A stretch of DNA of 64,000 nucleotides from Basidiobolus meristosporus CBS 931.73 (taxonomy: Eukaryota > Fungi > Basidiobolomycota): contig MCFE01000494.1 in assembly GCA_002104905.1 (NCBI GenBank), positions 2,723-66,722 on the forward strand, in the 5' to 3' direction. The notes under the pieces were generated by a model, which did not search any database, had not been told where the DNA came from, and worked only from the letters and a program-made list of their open reading frames with translations. A program made the position numbers and the translations under genes. Of this stretch, positions 1 through 11,977 are shown one piece after another (the stretch's first letter is position 1; every line of letters begins with the position of its first letter).

Positions 1-1492
1 CAGAAGAGTGCTAGTAAGGAATAAGAAGACAGAAATGAATGCACTAGTGCCGCATTTATCAAGAAGAGAACATAGGTTAAAACAATAAGTGCCCAAACAA
101 AGTAGCTGTGAGAGACCTGGCAGAGATAAAGGAAGAGGTAAAGGGAAAAAAGTCCACCCAAGCCAGAGACAGGGAAGCATTAAAAAAAGCTATAGTTCTT
201 GCAAATTAATGCCTTTAGCCCAGTACAGGCTGAATCTCATCATAGCCCAGAATCATTACCAACAAGACAAAAGCTGTTTTATCAAGAGCTGGAAGTGCAG
301 CTAGTTGAGCTACACTCCAGTGAGGTAGTTGAGCATGCAGACAAAGGCAATTTGTCTACTACTGCCTCTGCATCCTCCATTGTAGACAGAGTGGAGATCT
401 CACTGATGGACAAACCCGCAATGTCAAGAACTTGAAAGACTTTTGCAATGCCCCCTGTGAAGTACTGGGACAATTACAGACAGATCAAAATGTTGCAGCC
501 CTTCTTCAAGAGCAGTGCTCAAGAAAACACACTCAAATATTGCAATGACTGGCCGATGAGATGCTAGACCTTGCAGTGCTGGCTGAATACCAGGATTTAT
601 GGGAACCAGTGAATGAACAATGACATAAAGCTGTGGGGTTCCTGCCAAAGTCATGAAAAAAGGGTGTTTTGGCAGATAAACCTACTGAATGGTGGACTTT
701 AATGGAGTTACCTGTTGAGTGTGAGGCTGGGCTTAATGTTAGTGTTGGGTATAGGAACTTGTCTAGGTCAGTACAATATGAAATTGAATTACAACTAAAG
801 ATTGAAAGGTAATAAACCAATTTGTACACATGAAAAGTAAGAGGTAACAGCCAATCAATGTACACAAATGTAGGAGGTGGTTGAGTGTCTAGGATCAGAA
901 AGTGAGAGAATTGGCAGAGAATCAATCAACAGCCACTTATGTATTGTGATGAAAAATTTTGACCAAGTTTTTTGTGAAATCTGGGGGGCAATTTTTTGCA
1001 AATGGCCTTTGCATGGTGTTCTAACAGCATCAATACTTCTTAGTCATGGGATTTAAAATTTGTGACAGCCTTTTAACAGCATCATCACAGTTATTTTTCA
1101 TAGGGATATTGCTGGGTCTTATGCTTTGGATCTAAGGGTACCATCTTAATTTCATCAGCACTCCAAGAGTCTCTAACTTAAAAACTACCAACATCTCATG
1201 TTCTCTCAGTGAGACAGCAGAAGCTTTAGGATGAGGTCAGGTTTAGTTACATTCATGCCAAATTTGGTAATAAGCTACCTATTACTTCCACAAAGATTAT
1301 CAACTAAAATTAAGAAGGGACAACACCTGATGAATACCAGCAAACTATCATCAGAATATCAGAAGATTACTGGCAGATTGCTGGATGAGTCCCAAGTATA
1401 GGATTTTTTCATTGGAAACCTGTTTGATGTACCATTTAGGAGGATACCCATACGCTACTGTTGATGGTTCAGGCTCAGACAGATGCCATTTC

Positions 1493-1841
1493 TGTTGAAA
1501 AAATCTGTAATTCCACCTGAATATTTACCTAGCTTAGTTGCTTAGATCATTACCTTCAAATCCTAGTGAATACTGACCAAATTCCTGGTAGGGATTTACC
1601 TGGAATATTTTCACCAAAATATCAGGTACCCAGAACATGAAAATTCTTGAAGTTGACCAAACAGCCCCAAGCTTTGCACACATGCTCTTGGGACCTTCCT
1701 TAACCTATTCTACGTGTGTGTAATGCCAAGACCATGTAAAAGTATAAATACTACTTTCACATTCAATAAATCATTAAGTGAAAGCCACATAATCTACTTG
1801 TCCTCCCAATCACTTCCAATATCTCCAAGACTCTTACAACC
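1493..1841 (+). repeat. Ty1/copia 5' LTR (~349 bp)
   Basis: Starts TGTTG, ends CTTACAAC(C); roughly 85% similar by eye to copies at 3515-3863 (-), 57936-58267 and 59191-59360; followed by AGCTATGAGCCC, a variant of the copia primer-binding site GGTTATGAGCCC. Confidence 0.85.
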
Positions 1842-3514
1842 AGCTATGAGCCCCAAGCTGTCACTCTCTGCAATGTCTACTACTGCTATTATTGGATTTT
1901 TCCCTCTGCTGAAAAGTTGGATGGATCTAACTACCAAGTGTGGAAGGTGAAGATGAAGATGCTGCTACAAGAAAGAGGCCTTTTGGATACTGTCATGGGA
2001 GAAGAATGCCCTCCTCAAAATGTGGGAGAGGAAGCCTTAAAGTACCAGAAGAAAGAACAAAGTGCCTTTAACTGCATTTGCCTTGATGTTAAAGACAAAT
2101 TTCTAATTCAATGCTCAAGAGCCAAAACAGCAAAGAATGCCTGGAAGACATTAGAAGACACCTACCAGTCATGTTCAGCTGCCAAGAAAATGTATCTAAG
2201 ACAAAAATTCCTTACTACAAAGATACTGCCAGGAGCAGATATGAAAAATCTAATTAACAGGATTACCCTGCTGGTAGATGAGATGGAATCTGTGGGTGTA
2301 CCAACTACTGATGACAATGTGATAGTAACCACCCTGAATAGCCTGACCAACAGGTTTCAGGGCCTTGTATCAGCCTTAGTGCCCAGAACTGAAGATTTGA
2401 CCTTAAATTACGTATAAGGAAGGCTCCTGGATGAAGAATTAAGAAAATCAAGTGCCAATAAGAAGGAAGAAGAAAATGCTTTAATAAGCAATGATAACCA
2501 ATAAAGGAGGTACCAAAGACCCTACAAAGGCAACAGCATCCTGTTTTGCAACTACTGCAAAAGGAAAGGACACACATTAGACTGGTGCCTCAAAAAGAGA
2601 GATAATCAGCAAAAGAAGTCTGAACATGGAAATGCTGCAACAACTATTGATAGACTATTCATATCTGCACTAAATATTACCACAAACAAGGATTCTCAGA
2701 TATGGTATATTGACTCTGGAGCTTCTCAACACTTCACTCACCAAAAAGAACTTTTTACCCAATATCAAGAAATTCCAATTAAGAAGGTTTTCATGGGTGA
2801 CAACAGAACACTTGATGCAGTGGGAGAAGGAACTATTCAAGTAAAACTAAGAAGCAGTGAAGGAAGCCATACACTGACCTTTAAAGAAGTACTCTATGTC
2901 CCAGAAATAGCCAAGAACCTACTATCTGTAAGCAAGGCCATAGCAAAAGGACTCAGCTTCAGCTTTGACAATTCTGGATGCAAGATCACTGATTAAAATG
3001 GTGCCCATATTGCTTTGGGTATCAGAGATCAGAATCCATACAGGTTGACTTATATTCCATCATATTTGGAAGCCAATATAAGTAACATAAATGAGGAAAC
3101 ACCAATGCTTTGGCACAGGAGATTTGGGCACATCAATTTTGATTATTTGTGCAAAACAATCAAAGATCAGCTAATATCTGGAGTAAAAACTGATTCCCCA
3201 GCTAATTTGGAGCACTGTGAAGCCTGCATATATGGGAAACAAGCCAGACAACCATTCAAGAGCTCTGGGTTAATCAAAACTAAGAAAAATTTAGATCTGA
3301 TTTACTCAGATATGTGTGGACCTAGACAAAATTTATTCTTAGGCAGGGTGAAGTATTTAATCACTTTTATTGATGATTATGCAAGCTACATCTGGGTTTA
3401 CTTCATGGAGAGAAAGGAAGAAGCTCTGTCTAAGTTCAGGGAGCTCAAAGCCATGATGGAGAAAGAAACTGGTGGAAAAGTCAAGAAAATACACCCTGAC
3501 AATGGTGGAGAATA

Positions 3515-5403
3515 TGCAGTAAGAGTCTTGAATATATTGGAAGTGATTGGGAGGCCAAGTAGATAATGTGGTTTTCACTCAATGGTTTATTGAATTTAAA
3601 AGTAGTATATATACTTTTACATGGTCTTGGTATTACAAGCACATAGAATAGGCTAAGAAAGGTCCAAAGAACATGTGTGCAAAGCTTGGGACTGTTTGGT
3701 CAACTTTAAGAATTTTCATGTTCTGGGTACCTAGTATTTTGGTGAAAATATTCCAAGTAAATCCCAACAAGAAATTTGGTCAATATTCTCTAGGATTTGA
3801 AGGTAATGATCCAAGTGACTAAGTTAAGTGAATATTTAGGTGGAATTACAAATTTCTACAACACTCCCACTCAGCTAAATGTTAGTACTGACTAGTCCTA
3901 ATTTTGACCCAAGATATTTAAACTTGTCTCTAGCTAATGATTTGGAAATATGACTGTAATCATTTCATCTGAAGGACAATAAACTAAGCTAACCAAGTTA
4001 TTTTCTATAGCTTCACATATGAAATGATGTCTAATATCTATGTGCTTAGCTCTAGAATATAACAGTTGGATTTCTACCTAATTGTATACATCCTTAATTA
4101 TCTTGAAATGAAGTAATAGGTGGTTTTTGACATAGGCCCAAATCTGAAAAAAGCTCTCTTAACTACATTGCTTTTTTTGTAGCTTCACAGGCTGCCATAT
4201 ACTCTGTCTCTATGGTAGAAAGTGCTAAGGTTGGTTGCTTTCTTGAGTTTCATGAAATTGCTACTTTACAGTAAAGAGATATGTATCCTGTGGTGGATCT
4301 GCTGTCTTCCAAATTTTGTCCCCAATCTGCATCCAAGTATCCTACAAGATCCTGTTCTGAGTCCTTATAAATGTATCTTAAGCAGATATCAGCAGTCCCT
4401 TTTAGGTATCTAAAAATCAACTTAACTGCTGCAATATGAATAGATCCATAGTTCTGATTAGGTTGGCTGACAACTCCAACTGAATATGAGATATCTGGAC
4501 ATGTTCCAAGCATGATATACATCAGACTGCCAACCATAGATTGCTAAGGAAAGTCAGGGCTTTCAGATGGCACCAAGCTCTCTTGATTTGGTTGAGTTTT
4601 GACCAAGTCAAGGTTTGTCCCCATTGGGGTAGCTGCTGGCTACAGTCTTCCATTTGGTACTTCTTTAGTATATCTTGAATATACTTGGATTGGCTTAGGG
4701 TGATAGTCTGGGTACTTCTGTCTATGGAGAACTTGATCCCTAAGTAGTAACTGAGTTCTCCTAGATTGGACATCTTGAACTTCTTAGATAGGCTGGATTT
4801 AGTCTCTTCCAATGTTTCTAGGTTATTGGCGGCTATAATAAGGTCATCCACATATAGAGCTAATAGAACTGGATTTGCTCTGTCTGGCTTATAGTATATA
4901 CTATAGTCAGCATTACTCCTTTTGAAACTCAAAGATTCCAAATAAGAATCCATCCTGCAATTCCAGGCTCTTGGTGATTGTTTAAGACCATATAGAGACT
5001 TTTTGAGCTTGCAGACCAAATGAGGGTTATCTTGGTCAATAAACCCATCAAGTTGGTCCATATACACATCCTCATCAAGTTCTCCATTCAATTGCAGTTT
5101 TTACATCCATCTGATGCATAAAAAACTTATATTTAGCTGCAATAGCCAATATTAATCTGATAGAATTAAACTTGGCTACCGGTGCAAAGGTCTCAGTATA
5201 GTCAAGTCCTGTTGTTTGAGAGTATCCTTTGGCCACAAGTCTTGCTTTGTATCTTTCAATTGTACCATCAGCCTTGTATTTTGTCTTGAAGACCCATCTG
5301 CATCCAATTGATTTTTGGTTGATTGGTAATTTGACTAAGTCCCAAGTTTGATTTTCCATCAAGGTCTGATATTCCTCACTCATTGCAGATCTCCAAAACT
5401 TTA
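3515..5403 (-). mobile_element. Inverted 3' half of a copia element (RT, RNase H, PPT, 3' LTR) lodged inside the integrase of the + strand element
   Basis: Minus-strand ORFs 5075-5431, 4522-5091 and 4250-4537 are copia RT/RNase H; PPT-like GAGTGGGAG at 3864-3872 precedes the LTR at 3863-3515. Confidence 0.9.
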
Positions 5404-6689
5404 GACTACTGTACCATACTCCCCACAGCAAAATGAAGTAGCAGAATGTGCAAACAGATCAATAATTGATATGGCAAGATCTATGATCCATGATCAAAAA
5501 TTATCCTATGATTTTTGGGTGGAATCAGTTGCCACTGCTGTATACCTTAAAAACATGAGCAATAACAGAATACTTTGTAATTCTACTCATTTTGAAGCAT
5601 GGTATAGGTACAGACCAAGTGCAGAACATCTAAGAATATTTGGGCATACAGCATATGCCAAGAAACTGCCTGGAAATTAGTCAAAATTGGAGCCAAATAG
5701 TGTAAAATGCATATTTTTGGGTTACTGCAATGAGAGTAAAGCATACAGACTCTACAATGCCAAAGCAAAGAAGCTAATCAGGTTCAGGGATGTGTTGTTT
5801 AATGAAAATTCAAAATTTTCACAAGAAATGACATCAGAAAATGACAATAATCTGATCTCAAGTCCGCCAATTGTCAGGATTGAGTCAGAGCAAAACAATG
5901 AGAATTTTTTCACCCCAGAGGACTCTACAAACATGGTTCAGCCTGAATCAATGCCCAGGAATATCCCAGAAGTGATTATTCTATTATCAAATGCCCGGAG
6001 ATCCAATTGGACAAGAAATAGGCCAAATTACTATATCAATGAGGGTACAAACTTGGCCTATGCCTATTCAGTCCATATTGATGAACCTCAGACTGTAAAA
6101 GAGGCCCTAAATAACCCTCAGACAAAGTGTTGGAGATTTGCAATGACTGATGAATATGTGGCCCTGATGAAAAATCAAACTTGGGACTTAGTCAAATTGC
6201 CAATCAACCAAATATCAATTGAATGCAGATGGGTCTTCAAGACAAAATACAAGGCTGATGGTACAATTGAAAGATACAAAGCAAGACTTGTGGCCAAAGG
6301 ATACTCTCAAACAACAGGATTGGACTATACTGAGACTTTTGCACCGGTAGCCAAGTTTAATTCTATCAGATTAATATTGGCTATTGCAGCCAAATATAAG
6401 TTTTTTATTCATCAAATGGATGTAAAAACTGCATTTTTGAATGGAGAACTTGATGAGGATGTGTATATGAACCAGCCTGATGGGTTTATTGACCAAGATA
6501 ACCCTCATTTGGTCTGCAAGCTCAAAAAGTCTCTATATGGTCTTAAACAATCACCAAGAGCCTGGAATTGCAAGATGGATTCTTATTTGGAATCTTTGAG
6601 TTTCAAAAGGAGTATGCTGACTATAGTATATACTATAAGCCAGATAGAGCAAATCCAGTTCTATTAGCTCTATGTTTAGGAAGGTTTCA

Positions 6690-6832
6690 AGAGCTTGAAC
6701 ACAAAGCTTGGGGGCTTTTGGACAACTCTGGGAATTCCCATGTTCTGGATACTATGGTAGGAAATGGTAAAGCTCATAAGCTAGGATCTAGTTGGCCAAG
6801 TTAATGGAAATATTTAGGTGCACCTACAAAAA
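6690..6832 (-). repeat. Degenerate copia LTR fragment
   Basis: CAAAGCTTGGG..TTTGGACAACT..CATGTTCTGG and AATATTTAGGTG..TACA match the reverse complement of the LTR family. Confidence 0.6.
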
Positions 6833-6868
6833 CTTCCACTGTCAGATGTATAAACCACCAAGTGAGAG

Positions 6869-6892
6869 CCACCACCACCACCACCACCACCA
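6869..6892. repeat. (CCA)8 microsatellite
   Basis: Direct reading. Confidence 0.9.
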
Positions 6893-7122
6893 TAACATGC
6901 ACTGAGTTCCACATTCCAAAAACCCAGGGAGATTTCCTGGTTCATTCTCGGGAACCATACGTGATGCGCAAGCTCCGTGGTCAAATACAGGTATAATATT
7001 TATTAAAGAGTAGGAATTCTAAAGTGCCGTCAAAACTGGGCAAATTAATCGAAGTGAAGTGAAGTGAAGTGTCCCAGAATCTATGATTGAGAGCCCCACC
7101 AAGCTGGGTTCTTTTACGGAGA

Positions 7123-8934
7123 TTAGTAGTTGTAACGTTCCTAGGTTGAAGCGAGGTTAGATTTCAGATGGGAAGCGGGTGGTCGCTACACTCGGCCTAC
7201 CTGGAAATCCTTGATGAAGCTGCTGAGCTAGATAACGCGGTTACTGGTTAACCCCGATGCCGAAAGAGACCCATGGTCCGCGTGCACTTACCTTTTCAGC
7301 TCCTTGTTGGACTGCATCCCGAACCGCATCCATGTCGGTGTTGGACATCAATCGTTGGGCATACTCCCGAGCCTGGTACTCAAGGTCACGGAAGTCGATG
7401 TTGTCATCGTCTACGTCCTCCGCCTGCTCCTCCTGGCGACCGAAGTATTGGTTGGAGCTGATGCTCTTCGCACCCGAGAATTCCGACAAGCGTTGTTGCT
7501 GCTGGCTCAAGTGATCCGAGTCGTAGTCATTTCTTCCGAAGTACATGTCAGAGGAGATGGCCTTCTGATTGCCGAATTTCTCTCTGGCGGTGTTGGCTAA
7601 CGAAGAGTCTGGTTAGTTTCTGCCGAACAAAAAGATCTCCCCGTGTGGCCAACTTACACTCGTCATAGCTGCTACCATTGGATGGTGTTGGTTGATATTG
7701 AGCGGTCTTGGAGGGAACCGATCCGAAACCCAATCTGGGGAGTGTGTTGCCGTTGGGTTTGTTGGTGCCACCAGTACTTCCGAAGCCCATGGTGGCGACG
7801 CGCTGTCCCAGCTTACTGACATCTGGGCTGCTTTGGGATGGCGTGGGCTTTTGGGTAGCTGATCTAGAGGAGCTGAAATCGGTTTTGGCCACTCGTTCAG
7901 CCTCCTTGGCCGCGGCGGCTGCGGCTGCTAGTTCGGCCGCTTTGGCGCGCTCGTGCTCCTCCTTGGCCAATTGTTCGGCTTCCTCAAAGCTCATGCCACC
8001 CTTTTTGGCTCCCAGCTTACTGGCACCCAACTTGCTAGCGCCGAGCTTGGTTGCTCCAAGTTTCGTGGCACCCAATCCACCTTTACGGCTACCAATAGGC
8101 TTTCTGTTGGTTGTTGTCCTGGGGGTCTTCTCTGCGACGGTTTGGGTGGATTCCACGATTGGTTCGGGAGATTTCGGGATGACAGGAGAGTTACGACCCG
8201 AGGAGGAGGCGGACAAGGCGGGAGAAGCGGTGATGGGAGTCCCGTTCTGAGAGGGCTTCTTCACGTTTTCAAAGGAAGAGAAGAAATCCTCCTGGTTGTC
8301 GGGGAGAGCGGTTTCGGACTGTTCCTCCAACAGCATTCTGCCGGGGAAGCTATCGAATGGATAGATGGTTAGTTTCAAGAAGCCAGGGAAGACCAACCCC
8401 CCCCCGGGAAAGACTCACAATTTCACATCCTCGGCCACCATCTGGTTGAGCTTTTCTTTGTACAACTGCGCGGCTCTGCTGGTGTACTTGGTCTTCACGT
8501 CGTTGAATCTATCTCCGCCGTGGGAGCGGAAAAACTCGGCCGCGGCCAGGTTCCCGCCCAATTTGAAGCGTCTCAGTTGATCCCAGGTCCAGGAATCAAG
8601 AACAGTGGAACTACACATGGGGGAAAATGGATATGATCGGTCAGTGGCCTCCGCTGATCACGGCAGGGAAAAAGACACATACCGGACAAAACTGATGTGC
8701 ACACCAAGGTTGCGGTGGATCCCCGAGCAATCTAAGCACAAGTAAATGCCGAAGGGAATCGAGGACCAAGTGGGGTTTTTGGCTTTACAGTCAAAACAGG
8801 CCTACAAGAAGAAACGAGGGGTTCGGTTCAGCTGAGAAGGGGACCGGTCAGGACATGGAAGGTACCTTGTTCTCGTGCTTTGCTTTGAGCTTGCTGAAGA
8901 TTTGTTGGATTTCGGCTTTGGTGGGCTCGGACAT
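7123..8934 (-). CDS. GLO3: ArfGAP2/3 (Glo3-like) ARF GTPase-activating protein, multi-exon
   Basis: [13 protein letters not shown] start; [36 protein letters not shown] zinc finger; [20 protein letters not shown]; KLGA repeats; [12 protein letters not shown] motif; last exons [14 protein letters not shown] via GT-AG introns. Confidence 0.9.
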
Positions 8935-9495
8935 GTCTTGGAAGTAAGGTCTGGTGGTGGTGGATTGCTGAGCTTGGGAAAGACTTGTTATCAATAAGTC
9001 GGAACCTGATAATAAAAATGATTGCCGACAGTCATGAGATCCGAGGAAATCAGTTGCCCCGCTGATTGGCCACCATGAAGATTTTGAAGCAATCCACCGA
9101 TTCGAAACCATCAAACCAAGCGATGCGCACCAGTAATGTTTCAATCCTGTTTATTTCGGAGCACATTCAACACATTAGCGCCAAGACATGTTGAAATAAA
9201 TATCCACCAAGCTTAACCGCTCGATTTCCTCTCGACAAAACTGGTTGCACACAGTCAATGAAAGCAGACATTGGCTGGACAAATCATTTGTGCACACATC
9301 CCAATCACTCCGGTTTGATGAACCATTGACATAAGTTAAGCTCCGATCAACTCACACTTTCCTAATCAAGCCACTCTAGGTCCTGATGACAACAATTCCC
9401 TCAAATCCACTAAATTGAATCTAGCTGAGACACCGGTGAACTAGATGGGCATAAATCGGCATGTTATCGAATCAAGAGGTTTAAATTAAGCGGTC

Positions 9496-9753
9496 CTAAT
9501 ACATATTGGCGTTGACCCTTGCCCCTTTGTTCCTTGTCCAAGCACCACCGTCGTAGTTGTCGGAATTTCTGCCGTTGTACGCCAAGGTGCCGGTGAGTCC
9601 CGATACAAGAAGCGCTCTGCCAAGGATCAACTTTCGTTGTGGGCCTTCGATTTTGATGGGATCCCGCCTGAACTCCTCAAGGACCAGCGGCGGCACACCC
9701 GCGGCACATTGGCGGAGAGGGACCAAAGCGACAATCAGTAGAACCCCTCTCAT
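9496..9753 (-). CDS. Possible small secreted peptide precursor (85 aa)
   Basis: Signal-peptide-like start MRGVLLIVALVPLRQCAA; dibasic RR and RK sites; no recognised homolog. Confidence 0.3.
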   Translation of the reverse strand: MRGVLLIVALVPLRQCAAGVPPLVLEEFRRDPIKIEGPQRKLILGRALLVSGLTGTLAYNGRNSDNYDGGAWTRNKGARVNANMY

Positions 9754-10226
9754 GGTCGGGACGTATCTGGCCGATGGTGACAGTTATATGGGCGATGCTG
9801 TGCGGTCTAGCACATGGCATATTACATTGTTTGGTCCTCCCCAAACCGTTTGGTTTGATGAGTTGTCGGCGTAGATTATGGCATTTATCCACATATTTGG
9901 CAGCATCCAGTTCAATCAAGCTGAACCTAAAATATCAGCGAATAGAGCTGACTCATGGGGAAATTACCTCGACCAAGCTGGCCGAATGACGAGGCTATTT
10001 TTAGTGGTGTGGGTCTTCATTTAGTCCTTGCGGTTGGCAAATTTGGTAACCGGGATGGTACAGAGAGGCAGGATCCAATGGGAGTTGAAGTAGTGCCTCT
10101 ACGCGTCCATCCCTTTTGGCAGGGAAAATGGATTCAGGGTAATTAGTTTTCTGCTATTTAACTTGCAGCCGGAGACTCTGCCAGGTGTTACTACTTTAAT
10201 CTGTTCCTCCTTCCCATTAACATATC

Positions 10227-11323
10227 ATGCCGAGCAGAGCCGTTAATGAGATGTCGAGCTTTCGCCCTCCCTATGTGGATTCCGATTCCTCGCGGAGCAT
10301 CTCCACCAATTATTCCTCTAATCAGCAGCGTGGTCAGGTCAACTCCACACTATCGGTGCAAAGTTTCAGAAGCTCCGACGGAGTGGCCATGTATGATAGC
10401 TTGAACCCTATGAAAATCCCCAAGAAGCCGAAGAAGTGGACGTCCTTTAAATGGACTCTATTGTTCTCGAACACAGTGGTGAGTTTCCCCTTGTGTTTAA
10501 TGCTTCCTGTTCCCATGATTAACCTTCCTCCATCTATAGCTGATGGCTATGGGGATTGCCGGACTGGTGCTTTCTCTTCTAACCTGGTATAAATGTAAGA
10601 TTGCCTCTGTAGGAGCGTCATTCGCTATCCCCCAACTAACATTAGTTCAAAGTGTATCTCCGAGCTGAGGTGGTATTAATCGTCACACACGGCACCATAG
10701 TTCGTAAGTCAACAAATCCAGTTAGAACCAGTAACGTCGCTCTTCTGACATGCATCCTTGTAGTCTTGACCGTTGTCAGCTCGTGCGCCATTGCCATCGC
10801 AATAATGGGATACTTTGGAGTGTTCTTTAACAACCGAAAAATCTTGACCCTTTATTGCATTCTCCTGTGGCCGATGATGGGAGGAATCGCATCCATTGGA
10901 TATGTCACCTACAAATTCTCCAGGTGGCACCTTGCGAGTAAGCTCAGCTCCCATTGGGACACCTATTCCGTCGAGGATATTCGCCACTTGCAAGCGAATG
11001 TACGACTCACATTTCCATCTGAAGAGGGCACTTTCTAACCGCTTAGTCTACTTTAGATGCATTGCTGTGGATTCAATACTGTGATTGACAGACCGCAAAT
11101 CACCAACAAATGCGATCTCAGCAATACCGCGGCGAAAATGGTCGGCTGCCGCTTCAAACTTACCAATTTTGTAGCATACTACTTGAAGACCGCGTATATC
11201 ACCGCGTTCAGCCTGCTAATCCCCCACCTGTTTGTACTATTTTCCTCGCTCCTGTGCTCTAACCATATCACCGAAACATTCGGTACCGAGCCGGCACCCA
11301 AGCTAAATTATCATCAAGAGTAA
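10227..11323 (+). CDS. Fungal tetraspanin (Tsp2-like), multi-exon
   Basis: Four hydrophobic segments, CCG motif in the large extracellular loop (HCCGF), C-terminal LLCSNHIT..FG. Confidence 0.8.
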
Positions 11324-11977
11324 TCCCCCATCTCTGCCCATCTTTTTGTCTCCCCCATCATCATTAGAGCAAGTATATAATATACCTCCATCGTAATCAA
11401 ATGTAATAAATTCCTGGCCAATCTCCCCAAAAAGGAATCAATGAGCACATCCATTTCCTAAATCGGAAAGTCTTGACGAATGACTGCCAAAGATGGCAGA
11501 CAATACATCAGTCCACAAAAGGAAAATCCATTAGAAACGAAACCTTATTGTGCGACCGATGTCATTAATTACTGTATGCAAGTCGCAGTGGTTGTTGAGC
11601 ATCTTGTTAATTGATCTGATGACTGACTTATGGGGATTCTCTTTCCGATAACCTGATCATGGATGCCGGAGTTTGTGTGCTCGCCCATAGAAAACCCGAT
11701 CAGTTGGAGTCATCATGTGGGGCATGGGAGGCTCGTCGTTTCTGAGCCACTCTCACAAGATTCTAGGTCTCTCTTGTTCAAATGCTTAGCACGAGCTACT
11801 TTCACCATAACTGCGGGAATATAGGCCCGTATAGGGGCGTTAATCATGGAAGCTGGAGATTTAGCTCCGGATGTGGCCAGTCGATGCGGCCAGTCCGAAA
11901 CAATAAAAACGAGCCTCCGGGTTGTGGGACGCCATGCTATTTAGAAAAATCAGTTACTTGTCCGAAAGCACACATAG

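Larger units (their letters stand above)
1493..6672 (+). mobile_element. Decayed, rearranged Ty1/copia LTR retrotransposon (gag, zinc knuckle, protease, integrase, partial RT)
   Basis: KLDGSNYQVWKVKM (gag), CNYCKRKGHTLDWC (~2547), WYIDSGASQH (~2702), LWHRRFGH, SDMCGP/FIDD/DNGGEY, TVPYSPQQN (~5408), RT motifs [31 protein letters not shown]; several stops; RT breaks off at ~6672. Confidence 0.93.

Noticed and set aside
1-1490. CpG-poor, stop-riddled sequence with short ORFs
   Set aside because: Probably decayed repeat, but I recognise no motif, so no family call is supportable
7051-7070. (GAAGT)4 repeat downstream of the GLO3 stop
   Set aside because: Ordinary short microsatellite
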